From positions 1 to 37,769 of the IMG/VR virus record IMGVR_UViG_3300010361_000024: DNA of 37,769 nt. The stretch is one strand, 5' to 3'. Under the pieces are notes generated by a model. The model did not search any database and had not been told where the DNA came from. It saw only the letters and a program-made list of their open reading frames with translations. Origin of the DNA: a virus (lineage: Duplodnaviria > Caudoviricetes). Positions 34,893 through 37,769 of the stretch are shown piece after piece (position 1 is the stretch's first letter; the number at the start of each line of letters is the position of its first letter). The translations under genes and the position numbers were made by a program.

Positions 34893-35078
34893 ATGAGGCA
34901 TCGACCCCCGGCGACGATTTGCATCACGAAGGATTGCGGGCGACCGCGGCGCGGCAATCAACGCACGTGTGCGGTGTGTCACGCGCAAAAGATGAGAGAA
35001 TCACGGCGCAGGCGGCGCGAGGAAATCGCCGCGCTCAAGCGGGCCGCCTCGATTCCGGTTTTGGGTTGGGTGAGCTAA
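34893..35078 (+). CDS. Small basic Zn-finger-like protein
   Basis: CITKDC..CAVCH; GAGGTG RBS. Confidence 0.6.
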   Translation: MRHRPPATICITKDCGRPRRGNQRTCAVCHAQKMRESRRRRREEIAALKRAASIPVLGWVS

Positions 35079-35834
35079 ATGGCCGCCCTCGGAAAACTCG
35101 TCAACGTTGCGTGTCGTCATTGCCTCGTAAAAGGGCATCATTGCCAAGCGCAAATCGTGATCGATACGGTGCCGCTCTGTATGCCCTGCGCCGATGGCGA
35201 GGTTTGTTATTACGCGATCGCCGCCCAGGATACGCAACGGGCATACCGTGAACAATTGCAAGACCCTTTCGAGGTCGTGGTGCCCCAATTCGTCATGCCG
35301 ATGCTATCGCCCAGGGAATACGCCGAGACCCTGGTCGGGCCGCCGATGGTGAGCACGACCGAGTTGCGATCATTTCTCGAAACCGCGCGCGAAACCGGCG
35401 ATCTCGCCGTGATCGGAGTTGTCGCGATGAATGGCTCGTTGTGCCTGGGGTCGAACGCCGAGCCCGAAAAGAATCGCAAGACCAAACCGATGCCCGAACC
35501 CAAGCCCGAGACCGACCGCAAAGCGATGCGCGGGTTTCTCAGTATTCGCGAGGTGCAACGAGTGGTCGCGCGCCGCTTTCACTTGCAACTCGAGGATTTG
35601 TTGGGACCCAGACAGACTCTCGACATCGTGAGGCCGCGGCACATTGCAATGTATCTTGCGCATATGACGACCGGCGAAAGCACGGTTGCGATTGCGGCGG
35701 CGTTTGGGAAGCATCACACGACCGTGCTCCACGGGTTGCGCGAGGTTGCGAAACGCATCGCACGGAGCGAGCAATATCGACGCACAATCGAAGAATTGCA
35801 AACCTCGCTCGGCATCGACTTTCCCCTCGATTAG
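35079..35834 (+). CDS. Protein with C-terminal DnaA domain IV (DNA-binding HTH)
   Basis: IREVQRVVARRFHL..EDLLG.R....IVRPRHIAMYL......S...IA..FGKHHTTVLHG; Cys-rich N-terminus; no AAA+ domain. Confidence 0.88.
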   Translation: MAALGKLVNVACRHCLVKGHHCQAQIVIDTVPLCMPCADGEVCYYAIAAQDTQRAYREQLQDPFEVVVPQFVMPMLSPREYAETLVGPPMVSTTELRSFLETARETGDLAVIGVVAMNGSLCLGSNAEPEKNRKTKPMPEPKPETDRKAMRGFLSIREVQRVVARRFHLQLEDLLGPRQTLDIVRPRHIAMYLAHMTTGESTVAIAAAFGKHHTTVLHGLREVAKRIARSEQYRRTIEELQTSLGIDFPLD

Positions 35835-35996
35835 ATGCACCAATTTTCAACCGACCTTGCACAATCGCGAGCGCGCGCTCGTGTAGGGTTGTTTTCGGAT
35901 TCAAATACACGATTTTGTTCCTGGGTTTTCACAAATCACGATCTAAGTGAAACGCAGGCGGCGCGCCCGCCGATTCAGGGCAGTAGGGCAAAAGAT

Positions 35997-36503
35997 ATGG
36001 GGTCGTGTCGTTATACAGAAACCGGCGCGCGCGGCGCGCAATCAAACGATCGCAACGGTGAAAAGGTCTATGTGTACCCCGCCGACACCTCGCTCGGTTG
36101 GCGCGTGGTGCGTTATGTTTCGATCGCGTTCGGAATGTTAAGAGTCAAGCGCGGCGAGTGGCGCATCGAGCCCGAGCGCAACGGGCATCTTGGCGGGTTT
36201 CAAATTCTTGAAAATGGTCTCGGCGATTTCGAGGTCGAAAGTAAACGCGGGTCGACCACGATCAACGCGCATGAGGTGCAATTAGTTGCAGGCCTCTTTG
36301 GACAATCGCGCACCGTGGGATTGAGTGAAGATGAACGCATAAGTCGCCGAGCTCGCGACGGTCGTGCGCTCGAACCCGACGACGACATCGAAAAGGCGTG
36401 CGGGAAGTATCATCAATGGCCTGCGCCCGCATCGCGCATCGATAACGGCAAGGGCAAACCCGTGTACGGCGACCGTGCGGTGCGCGTTTATCCGCGGGCG
36501 TGA
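35997..36503 (+). CDS. Hypothetical protein
   Basis: ORF open from 35835; most plausible ATG at 35997. Confidence 0.6.
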   Translation: MGSCRYTETGARGAQSNDRNGEKVYVYPADTSLGWRVVRYVSIAFGMLRVKRGEWRIEPERNGHLGGFQILENGLGDFEVESKRGSTTINAHEVQLVAGLFGQSRTVGLSEDERISRRARDGRALEPDDDIEKACGKYHQWPAPASRIDNGKGKPVYGDRAVRVYPRA

Positions 36504-36512
36504 GGTGAATCA

Positions 36513-36677
36513 ATGGTCATTTATTTGCCCTTGTTGGTTGCGATCGTGGGATTGGTCATCTATGCGTTGACCTCGATGAATGCGAAAGCGTCCGAGATCG
36601 GGCGCATTATGTTCTGGGTTGGGTTGCTTGCGTTTCTATTGAACGTCGGCCCGCGCGTCGTCGGCGTGATGCATTGA
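36513..36677 (+). CDS. Small 2-TM membrane protein (holin candidate); not in ORF track
   Basis: MVIYLPLLVAIVGLVIYALTSMNAKASEIGRIMFWVGLLAFLLNVGPRVVGVMH; GAGGTG RBS. Confidence 0.7.
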   Translation: MVIYLPLLVAIVGLVIYALTSMNAKASEIGRIMFWVGLLAFLLNVGPRVVGVMH

Positions 36678-36723
36678 TTTCTGCACGACAAACCACATTC
36701 GAAAGCTGGGTGAATGGACGGCG

Positions 36724-36930
36724 ATGGAGACGCTAGAGCAAAAGGTCGAGCGGTATGAACAGACGCTTAGAGCTATCTCTGCCTGCCCTCTGATGGGCGT
36801 GGATTACGGTGACTGGGTGCAGGGCGTTTGCGACGATGCTCTCGGTGGTCTGTGGCCGGAGTGCTGGAATTGCGGCACCTTTGTGCACGCGGGACCGTGC
36901 GCGGGGGAGTCGCTTGAGGGCGAGGCGTAG
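36724..36930 (+). CDS. Small hypothetical protein with C-terminal Cys/His motif
   Basis: CWNCGTFVHAGPC. Confidence 0.55.
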   Translation: METLEQKVERYEQTLRAISACPLMGVDYGDWVQGVCDDALGGLWPECWNCGTFVHAGPCAGESLEGEA

Positions 36931-36956
36931 ACGCGCCTACTACCGGGAGAGAGTTT

Positions 36957-37286
36957 TTACCAGTTCGCTTTTTCGCGCGCGATCGCGTCTTGCGATATTT
37001 TGTTCGACTTTTCCAGTTTGTCAAAAAGAGATTTGCAGGCGCGTTGATGGTCGGGATTCTTAGGCGGGGTCTGACATTTATCCCAAAGAATAGATGCGGC
37101 GGTTCCGAATTGAAGTTTTACATACTCGCGATCGAGTTGGGCGGTCTGGGCGCGCGCCTCATCGATACGCTGTTGCGCATCATTCTGGAATTTAGTCCAG
37201 GCGAGTTGAGCGTCGCGGTCTTTCTGTTTCGAGTTGCAGCCGCATACGGCGATCGTCAAGGCAAGTGCGATGCAGATAGATTTCAT
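36957..37286 (-). CDS. Putative lipoprotein (moron-like)
   Basis: MKSICIALALTIAVCG-C lipobox-like signal; lower GC; opposite strand to neighbours. Confidence 0.7.
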   Translation of the reverse strand: MKSICIALALTIAVCGCNSKQKDRDAQLAWTKFQNDAQQRIDEARAQTAQLDREYVKLQFGTAASILWDKCQTPPKNPDHQRACKSLFDKLEKSNKISQDAIAREKANW

Positions 37287-37356
37287 TTCATTCTTTAGAC
37301 GCTTTGGGTCGTTAAGAGTCGCTAACACTAAAGTGGTAGTCTCTTTTGAGGCATCG

Positions 37357-37734
37357 ATGCCTTTCGCAGCAAAACAACCGTGCAAAGCGGGGTGCGGCGC
37401 GCTCGTGAGTCGCGGTTATTGCGAGGCCTGCGCGCCCAGGCACAAAGCACAAGAGCAACGCCCGACCGCGGCGGCCCGCGGTTACGGTCGCCGATGGCGA
37501 ATCGCAAGCAAAGCGTATCTGCGAGCGCACCCGATCGCGGTCGACTATTTCGGCGAACACGACGGCAAAGTCTATCTTGCCGAGGTCGTCGATCACATCA
37601 TCCCGCACCGCGGCGATATGAAACTCTTTTGGGATTCGAACAACTGGCAAGGCCTCACCAAAGCAGACCACGACCGCAAGACCGCGACCGAGGATAGTAG
37701 CTTTGCGCGAGCGAAAGGCCCCGAGGGGGGATAG
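37357..37734 (+). CDS. HNH endonuclease, terminase-associated (HK97 gp74-like)
   Basis: RGYGRRW, VVDHIIPHRGD..LFWDSNNWQGLTKADHDRKT. Confidence 0.93.
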   Translation: MPFAAKQPCKAGCGALVSRGYCEACAPRHKAQEQRPTAAARGYGRRWRIASKAYLRAHPIAVDYFGEHDGKVYLAEVVDHIIPHRGDMKLFWDSNNWQGLTKADHDRKTATEDSSFARAKGPEGG

Positions 37735-37769
37735 GGGGTCCCAAATATCCACCCCTCGACCTTGCAGAC
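37735..37769. other. Right genome end, upstream half of probable cos region
   Basis: G-tract GGGGGGATAGGGGGTC after HNH, ending ...GCAGAC, as seen just before cos cuts in this phage type. Confidence 0.6.

Overview
The window is very probably a complete ~37.8 kb temperate siphovirus genome with HK97-like morphogenesis genes, linearised at a cos site. An HNH gene and cos-type sequence sit at the right end, and the terminase region is near the left end. Gene order: N6/N4 DNA methyltransferase, a beta-helix-like protein, terS-terL-portal-protease-capsid, neck/tail genes, tape measure, accessory tail or secreted proteins, then Dit/hub/NlpC-like/tail tip. Next come a control region (RHH regulator, structured leader, xis, tyrosine integrase), small accessory genes and an intact attP carrying the 5' half of tRNA-Arg(TCT). 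The early/replication region has a C5 MTase, an HTH initiator with 4 iterons, parS sites, a DnaA domain IV protein, a lipoprotein and the HNH gene. Most unusual signals: (1) a recurrent 19-bp motif marking the starts of compositionally foreign small genes, resembling a cassette system; (2) a perfect chromosomal parS near the origin and a DnaA-DBD gene, with no ParAB; (3) a 5'-half-tRNA attP whose anticodon stem doubles as a terminator, with the attP arm repeats also flanking the int promoter; (4) a ~330-nt structured leader in a genome with no CI repressor; (5) no recognisable endolysin. All calls come from manual motif reading; no database searches were run.
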